64,000 nucleotides of DNA, taken from Azolla caroliniana. Its lineage: Eukaryota > Plantae > Polypodiophyta. Below the pieces are notes generated by a model, which saw nothing but the letters and a program-made list of their open reading frames with translations, was not told where the DNA came from and searched no databases. Positions 1-15,045 of the stretch are shown here, in pieces. Made by a program: the position numbers and the translations under genes. The DNA lies in NCBI GenBank assembly GCA_043228905.1, contig JBHGNT010000001.1:7006001-7070000 (forward strand). Reading direction: 5' to 3'. The stretch's first letter is position 1. Every line of letters starts with the position of its first letter.

Positions 1-378
1 GAGGGGATGACTTTGGTGATAAAAGCACAAGAGGTTTTTTTCTCCACCATCGGCAATGTCCACTCAACTCCTCTTAATGACAAATCTCAAGTTGTGTTGG
101 AATTGGTCAACCCAATAACTCTTTGGATTCTATGGAAACAACGGTGTAGACGGGTCTTCTCCAACCAAAACGCGCATCCAACAATGTTGTTGCAAGAGAT
201 ATGGAGTGAAATTGTAACCACTCTAAAGAGCCAATATGATGGCCTCAAGGGCAACTCTGATGGAGTTGAAAGACAACGAATAGCCTTCATCCAACAATGG
301 TTGTCCTCTCCCTTTCTTGAGTCAGTGGGCTTCCACATAAGATGGAACTATCACGTCCCTACAGGGATTTGTACATAA
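1..378 (+). mobile_element. 3' remnant of a non-LTR (LINE/L1-like) retrotransposon ORF2
   Basis: ORF 7..378 contains ITLWILWKQRCRRVF, resembling the 'LWxIWxxRNxxxF' motif found after the zf-RVT region of plant L1 ORF2. Cut by the window start. Confidence 0.6.
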
Positions 379-3300
379 TCATCTCATTTATAAAATTTTA
401 TAACTAATGGAAGGAGTTTTTTTTGGAAAAAAGAAAGATTGCCTATAGAGCGATAATCTGGCCTAATTGAAAATTTCCATATGGGTGCATTGCCACACAA
501 GTATAACTAAATTTCCAAAACTATGAGTAACATGGCTTAATTTTCAGAAATATTATATTTGTCTCAGAAAATAATGTATTCGTTGACAAGTTCACGACAA
601 ACGTAGTATGTTTTCATTAATACGTTTGCATCTTTCGAGATTTTCTACTACCCCAAAGGTAATACTCCCAACAAACATCTCATGAGAGGATAGGTTCCTT
701 GAATCGTCAATAAACACTTGGAAAAACATGCCAATTGAGTAGACAATCTTATTCACTAAAAGATGGAACAAAGACATTAGCGTCTATGAGGATTTGAATA
801 GTGGACCCATGACATATATTCTTTTGCCTATTGGAAATGCAATAACTCCTCGCTAGGGTTGGTGATATATTGACTTGGGATTTTCGTGGATTCTCAAAAG
901 ATTGCACTCTGTTCCTTTCCAGCCCCATTGATTTTCCCCCTTGACCATCTTGGCGTTTTCATTGAAAAGTTGCAACGCTTTCTTCCAACTAAATCTTAAA
1001 CCAATTCTCAAAGAGAAACTCAATGTAGATCCTTCTAAATGACCAAATGTAACTTCCTAGTTCGATATGGCCAAAGGTAATTTCCTAGTTCGAAATGACA
1101 AAAGATTACTTCCTAGTTCAAGATGACCAAAGTAAGCAAATATGTGTAAACAACACATGCACATGCACACATGCAATGCCAACATAAAAAAAACTTTATT
1201 TGGCATTAAGGTATATACTATAACCCATTGTCCTCATAGTCCAAAGAAATGAGAATATTTGTCTAGTATAATGGGTCCTTGCGCATTACCAACAAATATT
1301 AGTTTTACAAGTGTATACATTGTCAATATTGCAAACACCTGTTGACATATGTTGGAGATGAATGTTTTGCACACATTTGGTTGACATGCTTTTGTTTAAT
1401 TGATTGATGTAGGTCACATAAGCTAAAAAAGGCTTTTAAAGCTTATTTGTATGTAATTGAAGTAGCGAACTTCTTTGAAGGTGTTACAAAAAGAAACACA
1501 CGAGGATGAAATGGAGGAAGAGTACCGTTGTGAGCAAATAAGTGAAAAGTTTTTGAAGGTCCGTTAGGAAATGGTACGAAACTTTCGAAGGCTGACGAAA
1601 GTTTGTGATGGCAGATTACTATCCAAATGAAATCCGCCTTTTCTTTTTCTTTCAATTCACCATTTGTGTACGAGTTCTTTGCTAATGTTTGATGTAAGTT
1701 TTGGCTTAATGTTTTAGGGAGCCTTTGTAATAAGTAATCAAAATTTGGGAAAGTTGTTCTTTGAACAACACACTCAAAAAGTTTTTTAATCATTTTCTCT
1801 ACCACCTTTTTGGATATAAAAAGATTCCTTCTTGCCTTTTATAATGCCTTGATAATTGCCCAAAAGCAAATTGAAAGGGATAGATAGTTCCCTTTTTTGT
1901 TGCATTATCTCTCACTTTCTCTCTCAACAAGAAAAGATGTTTCAAACAAACACACTCTAATTTCTTTTTGCTAAACCTAACACAAAATGTATAAAAACTA
2001 TTTCGTTGCACATGGGATTGTCATTGTATGAGTACACTTAGTTAAAAAAGAAAATGATACTTGAAGATCTTGATCACCCATTTGATCAAATTAAAATTTG
2101 ACATGAGTGGACAAGGATCAAAACAATCTTGCTAATGAGTAAAGATGGTGTTCATCTAATAGTTCATTTTTAAGATGACGACCTCTTATCCAATTGCTTT
2201 TCTATGTGAAACCTTTGGGATTTAAGTATCAACTATGATACATCACTCTTCCCAAGGGTGAATGCCTCCAATGTTGCTTGAATCCCCCCCAACGTTCAAT
2301 ATAGAGTTAATATAGATGCTCAAACTCTCAAGGTATGTGGTTGAAATCTAGTATCATGCATAGTTTAAGCATGTTGGTTACATGTTGGTATACATATAGT
2401 GAAAGAGTGGAGGCCATTGTGGATGTAGTGACTGGATTTTGCACAATCTCAAAACCCAAATCCCATAATTCTTTTGATGTGCCATTAGATGTATTATTTT
2501 GTAAGTGCCAGAATCAAATGAGAAAACTTATGAGAACATTTAACTACCTACTTCTTTCCATGATCTTGAAGTGTGTTTAAGGTGCCATGTCCAAATTATA
2601 ATTTTGATGGAGGAAACTAAAGAAGCCTAGAAATAAGATTTGGAGGTAGGGTGTGACGACAAAAATGAAAAAACTATGATTTTTCAAGGGGTTCACGAAG
2701 ACCCTAACATGTCGAGCACACACATATACAAGAGAGATAATTTTGCCATGGAAAATGATCCATGGTCGTGCAACACAATTAAGAAATTATGTTACGACAA
2801 CTATTCAGGGGATGTGCAACATAGATAACCAAATATTGCTTTAGGGCATCTATCATGAGAATCCCAAGGCAAAGACTAAGAAGCTAGGACATTAATGAAG
2901 TTTGGACATTGCTTAGGAATATGACACAAGGGATTCTCCAGCATAACGTGTGAACAAAATGAAAAAATTGTGATTTGTCAAGGGGCCCATGAATATGTTA
3001 ACACAAAGACCACACATATATGGGCAATGTCTTTTAATATGATTGGGCGGAAAACCTGCAACACATTTCATTACTTTTGTCTGTGCATGCTTGATCAACC
3101 AATGCCCATTCAATAATTTGTGGATTAAGCAAAGCAATGAGAAGAGAGAGAGAGAGACTGAGGTGGGGATATTCCACATGTTTCAAGAAAAGTTTGTAAA
3201 TTTCTTTAATGGTGATTTCTAGCCACTTTAATAATGAGTTGGTCCACTTGAATTTAACAAATTCCCTTTGATCATTTAAGTCAATTGATTCTTCTTCCAT

Positions 3301-5849
3301 GTTTTATAGTTTTAGATGTTTTTATCACTTTGCATGGTCCATTTATTGTTACAAAAAGAAGGGATGCTCATGAAGAAGGATTTTCAAGGGCATGCTAACT
3401 TGATATACAAATACCAGGCACTTATGGCATAGATAGCTAGCATGTCTACCATCTTTGGTGAGGTTTTTGAAGGTTAGGAATCATATAAAGACTTAGCTTT
3501 GTGCTTGGATCATCAATTTGCCCATGTGTAATGTTATGATATTGTATGCATATGTCACATGCTTGTGACCTTGTCCACCATTTTAACCTTCGTGGAAGAA
3601 GGGCAAGTTGGAAAATGGCCAAAACATCAAGCATGTGAATTTTCTAGATGTTTTGGTTGTCATACTTAGTATAATGGGTGTGATAAACTAGAGATGTTGA
3701 GATTAGAAAAACTTACATAAGGAGAATTGTGGATGCCATTTTCTGCTCAACAATTGAAAATTTCTCAAAAGCCTAATCTAGTATCAACTTGCTCACAGTT
3801 ACATAAAGCCCCTCGTTATTGAGCACTTGCTTACTTTTGGGATATGAAACAACAAGGACATCAATTTTTAAAATTTTGAACATGAACAAATGTGTGTGTG
3901 TGTGAGAGAGAGAGAGAGACAGAGAGAGACAGAGTGTGTGTGTGTGTGTCGACTTGCTCCAATAACAAAACAGTTGCATCAATACTCCATTAAACTTTCG
4001 TAGATATGCTCTGACTCCACACGCCTACCGTAAAATTCAAAAGCATTGCACATATCCCAACTACGATGCAAAATCTCCAATATCTAATAAAGAGTAAAAT
4101 GATCTCCATATGTGATCTTTTCGTTAGAGTTGTGTGAATCATGCAAAAACAGTCATGGCATCAAATAACAAATGGATAAAACTTGTCAAATCTGTCAAAT
4201 GTAACCCTAAATTTGACGAACAATCGCACATTGCATGAAATGATGAGTACTATCTGCTACTTGAACAATGCAAAAGATGCAATTGCTTGTTGCCAATCCA
4301 CATCTCGTTAGAGGAAATCAACCCCCAACAAATACTATGCACTTCAATTTGTTAAGGTAAAGACCATGCATCAATGTTATACTCCGCGGTTGTTGCCAAA
4401 TAAACCATTAGTGGACCCAACAATCTCTAAGATCAAGCATCAAGTACATTTCTCACCTTATTGACCTCCAAACGAAATGTGTGATAATTCTGAGAGCGCA
4501 TCTTTCCTTTCCACGCCAATATAATATTTCTTTCCTGAGTGGAGTGTGTGTCTTTCCTATTGGTGAGTCAACATGCCCCACTACCCATTAGCAGTGACAT
4601 TGCTTAGTTGTAGTCCCATTGTAGTTGAAGGTTTGGTGATGAGAACTCTTGATGATATTTCAATGTCCTCGAGGAATTGCCCACTTTCCTCGTCTACGAG
4701 TCTGATGCATCTTCATGAATTCCTCCTCTTTGTGTTTAAGTTTGTGTCAAAGTCAACCCTTGCATTCGTAGAGGCATCTACTAAGTTAGACCCAATGCAT
4801 TGGCTAATAAATGTATTTATCACAAGTGTAGAACCATATCATGAAAAAACATGTAGGAATGCATACCAAGAATTGAAGTTTTGATAGATCCATACGAACT
4901 TACCACAAATGTAACTGTGCTAATACTTGTTTGTTTTGTTTTCTAGATTGCCAATCTTGGAAATTTCTAGGTATGAATTGTATTCCATTGGGAGATATCC
5001 TTTTTTACTTGTTTACAAATGTTTATGTTCTACAAGCTAGAGGGACGGTTTTTACAAGGATAATACGTAATATTTGGGATGTACCTTGCACAATTACAAG
5101 TCCTTAGTTGCATGCATAAAGTGTGCGAAAATTTATCAGGCAACATACCTTCATCCATGATTCCCCTGAAACAACAATAGCATACAATGCCAGCTCTTTT
5201 AAGGATGAATTGGAGGTGATTGTTGGTTTCATGCCCCACTTTCATCATTGGGCCTAGTAAGCACCAACGAGGATGCAATAGTGAAGATAGAACAAGTGCA
5301 TGTTTTTTTGCAAGGAGGCATGTGACAAATGTTATAATAATAGCTGTTAATGCTCCTCTAGAATATATGTATGGCACTATTTGTAGTCCCAACAATCCCA
5401 AATATAGCCATCTCTCCAATGCCATAGACATAACTGTCTCTCGAATGCCCTAGACATAACCATCTCTCCAATGCCCTACCTAACACTCTTACACAATACA
5501 ACTAAGACCATCTAAAGTCCTGATATGTGCACATTCATGTTATGATGTGGATGCAGTTCTTAGTCATCATCACCAACACCACCACCACCATCCTCATTAC
5601 CACCACCATCAACATCATTATGATGAGCATGAGTGAAGGAGAGAAATGGGAGAGAATGGCCAAGAAAAGGCATTACTTTTATGTACTACCTCTATTACTA
5701 GTTACTCCTACTACAATGTATGTACTTGGGAGAACATGTTTACAAATTGAAATAGGTATGTATATGGATGGGGGGGGGGGGGGGGGGGGGGGGTTGCCAA
5801 TGTTGTGGTTGCATGGGTTGGGCCAAAAAGAAAGAAGAGATACTTTATT

Positions 5850-6150
5850 ATGTGTCTACATATACATATACATGCATGCATACATATACTGTTATACATA
5901 TACATGCATACATACATATACATCTACATATACATGCATACATACATATACATATACATCTACATCTACATCTACATATACATATACATGCATACATACA
6001 TATACATCTACATCTACATCTACATATACATATACATGCATACATACATATACATCTACATGCATACATATACATATACATTCATACATACATATACATC
6101 TACATGCATACATATACATATACATTCATACATATACATATGTATATAAG
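5850..6150. repeat. Compound (TACA/CATA/TACATC) microsatellite, preceded by a poly-G run at ~5770-5793
   Basis: Directly visible. It explains the overlapping low-complexity ORFs at 5527-6168. Confidence 0.95.
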
Positions 6151-6395
6151 GTAGGAGAGAGAAAGTGAGAGATTATGTTCCATCTCTCTCTCTCTCCCTC
6201 TCTCTCACATCTAAATACAAATAGTCAGTGACTGAGAAGACAGAGGAAGGAGGAGGAGGAGGAGGAGGAGGAAGAAGAAGAAGAAGACATACAGACAGAC
6301 TGCAGACATACATACATGCAGACATACAGACATACAGAGAGATAGACAGATAGATTAGGTTAGATTAGGTTAGATTAGATTAGATTAGGGTTTAA

Positions 6396-7748
6396 ATGCA
6401 GATGAAAGAGGAGGAGGAGAAGGTGGAGGTTGTGGGAGAGGGTAGTAATAGTAGTAGTAATAGTAGTAGTAGTAATAGTAGTAGTAATAGTAGCAGTGTT
6501 TGTAGCATGTGTGGAGACGTTGGGATCCCTCACCTTCTCTGCCTCTGCATCAAATGTTGCCATCGTTACCAGCACATGTATGTATTATATATATATATAT
6601 ATATATTTGGCTTCCACAGACTCGATTCTTCTCCGATTTCTCAGTCTGACATTCTAAGTAGTCATGTTAATCGGTTCTTTAATGTTGGTGTTAATCGCTT
6701 TTCCACACCAAAATCGATATTGAATTGAAAATCTCCTTGGGTTTTTTGGATCAGGTATTGCAGCAGATCTTACCCTAAAGTGGGCTCCCATGGATCCGTG
6801 ATTTGCGACTGGTGTCTGCATGAAGAAGATCTAATGGTCATGCCTGGACATGATTCGACGCCACATGATCATGCCATGCTAATTAGTGACACCCCCGAGG
6901 TAATTAACGACCCCGTTAGTCATCTTAATCGCGAGGGGCTTAATTATTATTGCCCACGATCCATGAGCGCTAAGATTGCGAGCTTGGGTAAGCTTGATAG
7001 CAATTGTAGCCCACGGTCCAGCACAAATCGCCCACAATCAGGCACTAATTGCCAACAGCTAATCATTAAATGCCCAGATCTAAGAAACAGTTCTCCACAA
7101 TCTCCCATAGATTGCCCAAAATCAAGCATTGCTTATCCGAAATTAAGCAAGAATCACGATTTATGTCACTGTAATGGAGAGGTTGGTTGCACACAATCAA
7201 GCATTATTAATCAGCCACAATCCAGGAGAACGAGTGGAGGTTTGGATCCTCATCCAAGCCAAGATTCTAAACGCCCACAAATAATGAACGGCAATCAAGG
7301 TTTGGGTAATGTTAATTGTCCTCAATTAACCACTAAATACTCACAATTAACAACTAATCATCCGCATCGAAGAATCGGGCCGAAGGAAGCGATTACGAAG
7401 ACTCGATCGAATCACAGCAAAGCATTCGATTACTTGCTGATGATAATAGCAGAATCATTTCCAGAGGAGAAGTCAGAGTCTAATAAGAACAACAGCAGCA
7501 ACAATCATCATAAGAATGATATAATTCTTAAACAGAGAATAATTAGTAGAGAGGGTGGATTCATGAGAACCTCAGAGAAGGAGAAAAACATGAATGATCT
7601 AAAGAAGAGCTATAGCATGAAGAGCACGGTGAACAAGTTAGGTATTTCAGATCACCTGAAATATAGGAAGAAAGGGCTTCATGAATTAAGCCCCCCAGTT
7701 AAAGCTAATTACAGGAGATATAAACTCTTAGCCGATGTGCTCTGCTGA
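6396..7748 (+). CDS. Plant PHD-type zinc-finger protein (At1g02070/At3g60520-like family), 2 exons, ~391 aa
   Basis: join(6396..6577,6755..7748) with a GT..AG intron at 6578-6754. The spliced protein reads CSMCGDVGIPHLLCLCIKCCHRYQHMYCSRSYPK...ICDWCL (C4HC3) and ends in the family-typical RRYKLLADVLC. Confidence 0.88.
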
Positions 7749-9199
7749 TGGTTTAATCAAGTAACCAAGGTCCACTTGATTAGCATAGATCAGCTTAATT
7801 TTCAGGTAATTAAGGCTTGATTAGTTGGATGCTAGCGATAGCTAATCAGCTAGTTAACTGTCAGAAGGCTTGATTAATAGACTGTGGATTAACTAATCAG
7901 TAATTAATGTTTGATGTAGTAGAGATTGCTGGCTTAACTAATCTGTAATTAATGTTTCATGGAGTAGAGATTGGCTTGAGAAATCAGGTATTAAGGCTTG
8001 ATTTGGTATCGAGTTTTGTAACAAAATTTAATTTGTATTTGTGCCAGCACACACTACACTAATTAAAGCAAACATTTTGGGTTCAATTCTGATCTTTTGC
8101 AAAATTATGGTGGCTTCTTTGTTTTCTCGTCTGGATTAGTGATTGTGTGTAATAATTAGTGTAACTCATCTTTCATCTACTCAAGTAAATAATGGAAGCC
8201 TGTCTTTGCGTTGGGTCATCTAATCCCTTAGATTAGCGCCTTACATAGTAATTAGTGTGAAATCTTCATCTAATCATGCAATCAAATCCCTATTATTTAT
8301 GAGGGCTACTTACTAATCATCAGAGGGTGTATAATCCCCCCCTATTATGAGGGTTACTAATCTGCAGACCTGATTGACACCCAACTTACCAAGGATTGCT
8401 GCAGGCCATGAGTCATCATCACCATCTCAATCTGATCGAAACTTCGGTATGCGCTTCTAATAAACTGGATCGAGCAGTAGCGATCCAAAACAGTGGCGCT
8501 TGACCGGAAGGCTCTATGGATCTGTCCTCAAATTAGAAAGACCACATACCAAATTGGGAATAATCGGGGAAAATGTATTATATGCACAGGCAAATGCTAA
8601 ATTAACTAGAAATTACAAGCACGCCTCAGAGGATCGATCGGTATTTGATACACAATCTCTCAAGAGTATCTGTCAAACGCTCAAGTAAGAACTAGGGCTC
8701 TCTAATTATAGAGGTCTAGCTAGGACGCATGGAATGTAAGAATTAGCTGCAACCATGAGTCTGAGCCGTTAAATCCATATCCAGCAGAATTATGATTTAA
8801 ATCATTGAATTAGCACCGAGTTTGAAGTAGTAATCATCCCAAATTGGTGGTACTGGTTTGTTGTCTTAATTCTCCAGTGGCTTGATCCGATTGTAAGACG
8901 CTGATAAGTTAGAATGCATCCATGATCAATACTTAATTAATCTAGTTACAGCACTTCTAACACACTAAATTAAGTACTCTTTGGTCCGATTACAAGACTT
9001 AATTAAGAAGACACAAACATCTGACAATGAATCACCGAACACTAATTCACAGCTAAGATAAACATAATCACACTTCCTTGATGATTAGTATACCCAATTT
9101 AGCCCAGAGCATCCCCATTCTTATTATTATGAGATTACCATCTTTGTATAGGTTGGACAAACTGCAAAGCACCTCATCATAAATCCCTACAAATCCACG

Positions 9200-9238
<39 letters not shown>

Positions 9239-11814
9239 TTTCTCTTGCAAGAATCAAATTCATGTCTAGAATCCCTGCACATCCATGACATATATTTTCA
9301 TTCAAATTTCATTATAATGTACCATCATTGGTCGGACTTTGACAACTCTCCCTGCTAATCTGTAATTTCTAAGAAACAAATCAACACCTCAACAAACATC
9401 TTGTCTGATTAATATCTACATATTAAGGGTTTATTGCACAGGAATCATAGAACACAGAATGCATGGCTTTCAAAAAGTGAGCACCAAAAAGATTTAAAAC
9501 ACATTCAGAGTGAAAAAGCACGCTTTTGCTTTCCATAATCAAAAGGATCGAATTGAAGGATTGTAGCACTTAAACATTGCAAGTAAAAGTTGATGCATAA
9601 ATGTTTTGGATCAATACGCTCAATAAGCATATTAATTTAAATGCAAACAAACATACGTGTAGAAGTATAACTTCAAATTTACTCCATGTGTATGTATATG
9701 TATATGTATATATAGAGAGAGACAGAGAGATATGGAAAGTAAAAAGAACTCAATAATATTGAAGTTAATGTCTATAAAAAAATTTGTTTGTTGGCATGCA
9801 TGATCATCAAGTGCTAATAATTATATGTAATGAATGACTATTGTTAGGAATTAAACTTTGTTTCACCCCAACATGCATGCATGCATGCAGAATCATTCCA
9901 TTGATAAAACTAATGATTTACCCAAATACTTCCTTCCCATCAACATTATGGAGTGGCCCCCCTTCAACATCTTTTAAACGTAAAATTAATAATCGTCGCC
10001 ATTAATGGTGATATCTCTACAACCATTTGGACCTCAATCAACACTAGTGTTGTTAAGTTAAAAAAAGGAATGTATATAAGGCTAAAAGTTTGGATGAAGA
10101 TATGTCAATGAAGTTTAACCAAGCAACCTTAAAGACTTTAAACATCTTATTTCACGCCAAATGTATTAGGCATTGGCTTTACTCTCCACATTAACAACAC
10201 TTCAAAACAAATCATTGTGTTTGATCATTTGCATGGGAGGAGGCATTTTCTTCTACGATAACCACTATAGTGTCTCACGTGCAAGTCTAATCGAAAGTCT
10301 CTCTCAGGGTATAAATATGCATGAGGAGGAAGCAAGCACACATCACCAATTATTTGACTAACTCATAACCTCTATAATTATGTTTTCTAAATTGTAACAG
10401 ATATCCGCAGAATGTAGGAATTGGCCCACGAGCATCTTTTGAGATATTATGTGGAGGAAATTCATGTACCAAGTGCATATTTGCTTGCAATGTCTAGCAC
10501 TTACGCAAACATGAAACATTATGTGCACTAATTGTGCTAAAAAAACATTATCACTGTCACTAGCATAATTTGGGTCAGGTATTGATGAATTGGACAAAAT
10601 GGTTGAAATGTGTACACAATTAGTAGACCTTAAAGAACGAGCTTTTCTATGGCTTCAAGTGTGGGGTCGTCACATCTTTAAGACCCCAGAAAAAGAGGTT
10701 GAAAATGTTCGATACTTGTTTTCTTTTCAATTTTCTTCACGTCAATATACCAATATAATATATATTGCTACTTTTTTGAGACTGAATCACTACCCATCGA
10801 GATAGTATGCATGTATTAAGGAGAATAATATCACGCTCCTTAGTTTTATTACCCCTATGAGGCATAATATTTCCGATCTAGATTATTGGTCATAAGCCAA
10901 ATGTCTGAAAGAATTTTGCCCATATTGTAATTTGTGGACAATTACCCTTGATTAGGTAGCAAGCACTATTGTCCAATGGGTTGTAATATGAAAGGGACCC
11001 TTTAGGGTTTCCAACGTGTATAAAGGGGAAGTGGTCTCGAGTAAAAAGGGCTTTTGTGTGCCCCAACTTTGGGGCTACCTTTTGGTCCCCATTGTCTCCC
11101 ATTTATATCTACTAAAAGTCAATTTTCTGTATGTAGCTTTTTTTACATAATATCAACTTAGCTATAATATGTTTGATCATGACACCACATCTGTTTCTTT
11201 ATCTTTTTTTAATTATTGATTTCACTTAGACAAATATAGTTTTTAGTTGGTATAGTGATTAGAGTGAGTTAACATTAGTTTAACTTCAAGAAATCCTTTA
11301 GGTTTCCATGGTTGCATGGAGTCAATAGGTAAGTGCTTTTTAAGTGTTGAAGTATGATGTGGCCTTTGTCATTAGGCAGTGATGCCCCTAATCCTCAATT
11401 AGCCGAATTGTCACGTAGGAAACCCCTTAGGACTTAGTAATGACCCTTAGAAGTGCAACACTCCAAGGTATGAGTTGTGTTGCTCCTTTGAGAAAATATA
11501 ATTCATGATGTTGATGGATATGGAGGCACATTCTTAAGTTTTTTATAAAGAACTCACACTGATTTCCTAGAATTGCAAGAGATGAAATTAAAATATTGAG
11601 TTCTTATGAATGCATGGAATATATGTATAAATAATGTTTTTGAAAATTGTTCCATTGCGACCATTGGTGTTAAGAATCTCTAACTAATCAATATACCAAA
11701 TAAAAGTAAAAGAAAGGTGAATAGATTGGCTAGAATAACCTAATCCTCCCGACTACCCCTGAGCTATGATCAAGACATAGCCAATGTACCATCAATATTA
11801 GAGACATGAACTAA

Positions 11815-12255
11815 TGTAAGCATTAGATAAGGATAGAATATAGATAGATAGATAGAAAGGAGAGAGAAAAAGAAGGGTGCCGATCCACCCGACCACCCCC
11901 GAGCGAAGGGATCGAGATGGACTCGAGCCTCGATCGGCGTCCCATACCACCGCCGTGGCATTGAGTCGTACCTGGTGTTGGCCCGCTCACTACAAGAGTT
12001 GACCCACCACAAGACAGAGTCTCGACGTAGTAGTCAACAAGATGATCAAATGAGGGTAGCTAGGCCTCTTATTTATAGCGAAACCCAAGGCCCCCATGCA
12101 AGTTCACACTTGGCCTAATGGGTTGTCTCAATCCCAAGAATTAAAAGTAATCCTCCCCTTCTTTACACTCTCGTTTAACCCTCACACTTATCCACGTGTA
12201 TAGAATACCACGGTAAATTCTCACCACGAGATATTATATGGTCATGCCCGTAACA
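11815..12255 (-). mobile_element. Probable solo LTR (~440 bp)
   Basis: Termini TGTAAG...GTAACA, GC-richer than the flanks, with a TATAAATAA box on the minus strand (~12068-12078). The flanks actaa/atcaa are not a perfect TSD. Confidence 0.5.
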
Positions 12256-15045
12256 ATCAATGTCCCATACCAGTGAATATTAGGATGACTGGTACCTTGG
12301 AAGATATAACCTGGTCGTCACAACAAAAGCCTAGCCTACACCACTAGTGTCTCAAGACTTCAACCGTTTGACGTAATGTGTCTTATGACGGAAGCTAGGC
12401 CTCATATTTATAATTCTTCTTATGCCCCTTGAATAGATTTGATTTTCTAAATGACTCTCTATTCGTTGGTTGTCAAGATCATCCATAGACTACATACACC
12501 TACCATTCCCCCTATCCAATCACATTGGTCCATTTCTAACATTAGTGAACATGCCCATCACTTATGTTTTGTATATATTAGTTACCTACCCTCGCTTACG
12601 TTATGCATACATAACAATTGGCCTCTAAATGGTAACACATAATCTTATATATCAAGGCCAATATTATTGTTTGTAAATAAGCCCATGATACCAATTAGGT
12701 TGCTTATGGGACATGAAGAGCCCAAATTAACTCATTTACAAAAGTCAAACAAATAGACATTAAATTAGTTAGAAGGTAAAGTGTGTTGCTCCACTAAATA
12801 GATATTAAATTAGTTAAGAAGGAGGTAAAGGATGTCGCTTGATTGACATACTTGTTTATTTTAATCTGTATAAAGTATGCGTAAATGACTTTAAATGCAC
12901 GAGGGGGAGTTCTAACCTAATAAAATTGGCATTGCGTTATTCACTATATCGTTTCTCTGTGTCCTCATCCTCCTTTTCTTCCTATTTGAATGTGCTCTAA
13001 TTAATAGTACATAAGACATGATCAAAAGGTAAGTCAGACTATCCATTTTCCCTCTCTCCCCTATTAAATATTGGTGCATTCTTGAATATATGTTGTATAT
13101 GTGAATGTGATCCACATAAAACACCTATCATGATCTAAGTTCACATATATTGGCTAATCTACTTTGGGTAATGATCAATAGTTGGGTATTTTAGTAATTG
13201 TCTTGTGCATGCCTAAACCTAGAGGTGGTTGGACTATGAAAGCTAGTGACACTCATGATCATTGAACGTCATGTGCAAACAACACTCGAATCACCTCTAG
13301 AGAGATGACCCAGTTCCCATAGCAACAAGACTTCATGGATGGCAGATGATGGTCCTAATATGACCTCCACGATTGCAAACATTCCTTATATGCACGCCCA
13401 AAGGGACATACAAGTCATTCATTGCACAAATGATGCTTAAGAGGTAACTATGACTTTTTTAGTTGGTTCCCACTAGCAACAATAAACTATGTTCCATTCA
13501 TTCAACCCACTATACAACACCATTATTAACTATTACACCATGGGAATGTGAAGAATGATGTAACCCTCCTAATGACGAAATATCAAACTCCACAAAGTCA
13601 AGTACCTCTCAATGAAACACCTTTGATATCAGCACCGTTAAAATGCCCTCATGGCTCCACTCAAAGTGGTAATGCATGGGTTACCTCAAAATGGTACAAC
13701 CGTTTGGGTTGAACAAACGACAAAGGCCATCCGGTAGATGGAGCCCAAAAAGCTCTCCATTACCATCACATGTCAACAAAATTGTCCTACAGAAAGGATA
13801 TCGAGACTTTCTTGAGAGAATGTCCACCATTACCCATATGTCAACGACAACCGAGAGAATACAACAAGATGATGATTGATCTTGAGGAGGGCGTAGGTAA
13901 GCCAAGTGTGAGCATCGACAATGGCGACCAAAAAATCATGGTTCCAAAATCAAGCTAGCACTAACTGATTAGATAGCCACAGTCAAAATCAAAATGCACC
14001 TCAACAACAATTGTGTATGGACATGAGAAGTGCAATATCAAATAGCCTCAACTCATAGGGCAACAAGAGACCATGGACCTAGAATTGGCCTAAACACCAC
14101 AACCTATACCATCCATTGATATGTTACAAGGGCCAACAATTAGGCCAATTCAAAAACTAATGCCCTCTCCACCGAACCAACAACATGGGAAAGGGGCCAA
14201 TTGTGAATGTAAAATTTAACTTCACATTTCACATTGAATCATGTGGGTTTTTCCTTGTGGACCATGAGATTGTCCCTTGCATCACTCTAAAGAGACAACA
14301 CCCATTGGTACATATTCTCTTCTACCTCTACATTGTAAGAAACCACCTCATGGTGTTTACTTTGCTCATATCTTCACCGTGTTCGTTTTTCTAAGTAAGA
14401 TCCCCCCCCCCCCCCCCCCCTCTTTCAACTTTAGTCTCAACCTTATGGACATATTTATGCTCGGCCAATCTAGTTGATTGGACTCTAGAAAATCTCTCTT
14501 GTTATGCTTGAGGAAAAGGGGAATCGTGTCAGTCCTTGCTCAATAGAATTTTCAAATTTCAACCAGTCGTTGGCAAGCGAACACATGAACATTGCCCAAG
14601 TGTTTTGAGGTTTCAATATTCAGGACACTTCAACCACAAGAGAAAAGGTAAAAGGCCAAGATGGGATTGAAAACACCACAATAAAAATCATTCAAGAAAT
14701 GAAAGATAAGATAATATGCTCGAAATTGTATAAATGCCTAAAATTTTGCAGCTCATATTATTACCATGATTATTTCTGTAAATAATAAATATTATGAAGT
14801 TGGAGTTGTGAGTGTGAGCTAGCTTAAAATTTGTAGTCCAAGTCAAAAAAAATCAAAGAATATGTGTTCTCTTTGTTTACAAAACATCTCTTTGTTCTAA
14901 CATGTGTCATGTGGGAGACAGACTTAACAAATTATCAGCATGTACCCAAGAATCTTTCTTTTTGGTTAGATAACCCAAGTTTAGGTAGAATGTTTGTTGT
15001 ATTTGAATGGGCATTATATAATAATATTTATCCAGTAGACCCCTT

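Noticed and set aside
500-5450. ORF fragments at 592-2011, 2335-3300 and 4573-5453 that look like decayed transposon coding sequence
   Set aside because: No diagnostic motif could be recognised, so the region was left unannotated.
5527-6168. Several overlapping 70-213 aa ORFs (YTYT/IHIH/CICM-rich)
   Set aside because: They are translations of a stop-free microsatellite, not genes.
7810-8005. Short repeats (aaggcttgatt; ttaactaatc.gtaattaatgttt) after the PHD gene
   Set aside because: Irregular local duplications in a 3' UTR. There is no repeat-spacer periodicity, so this is not CRISPR-like.
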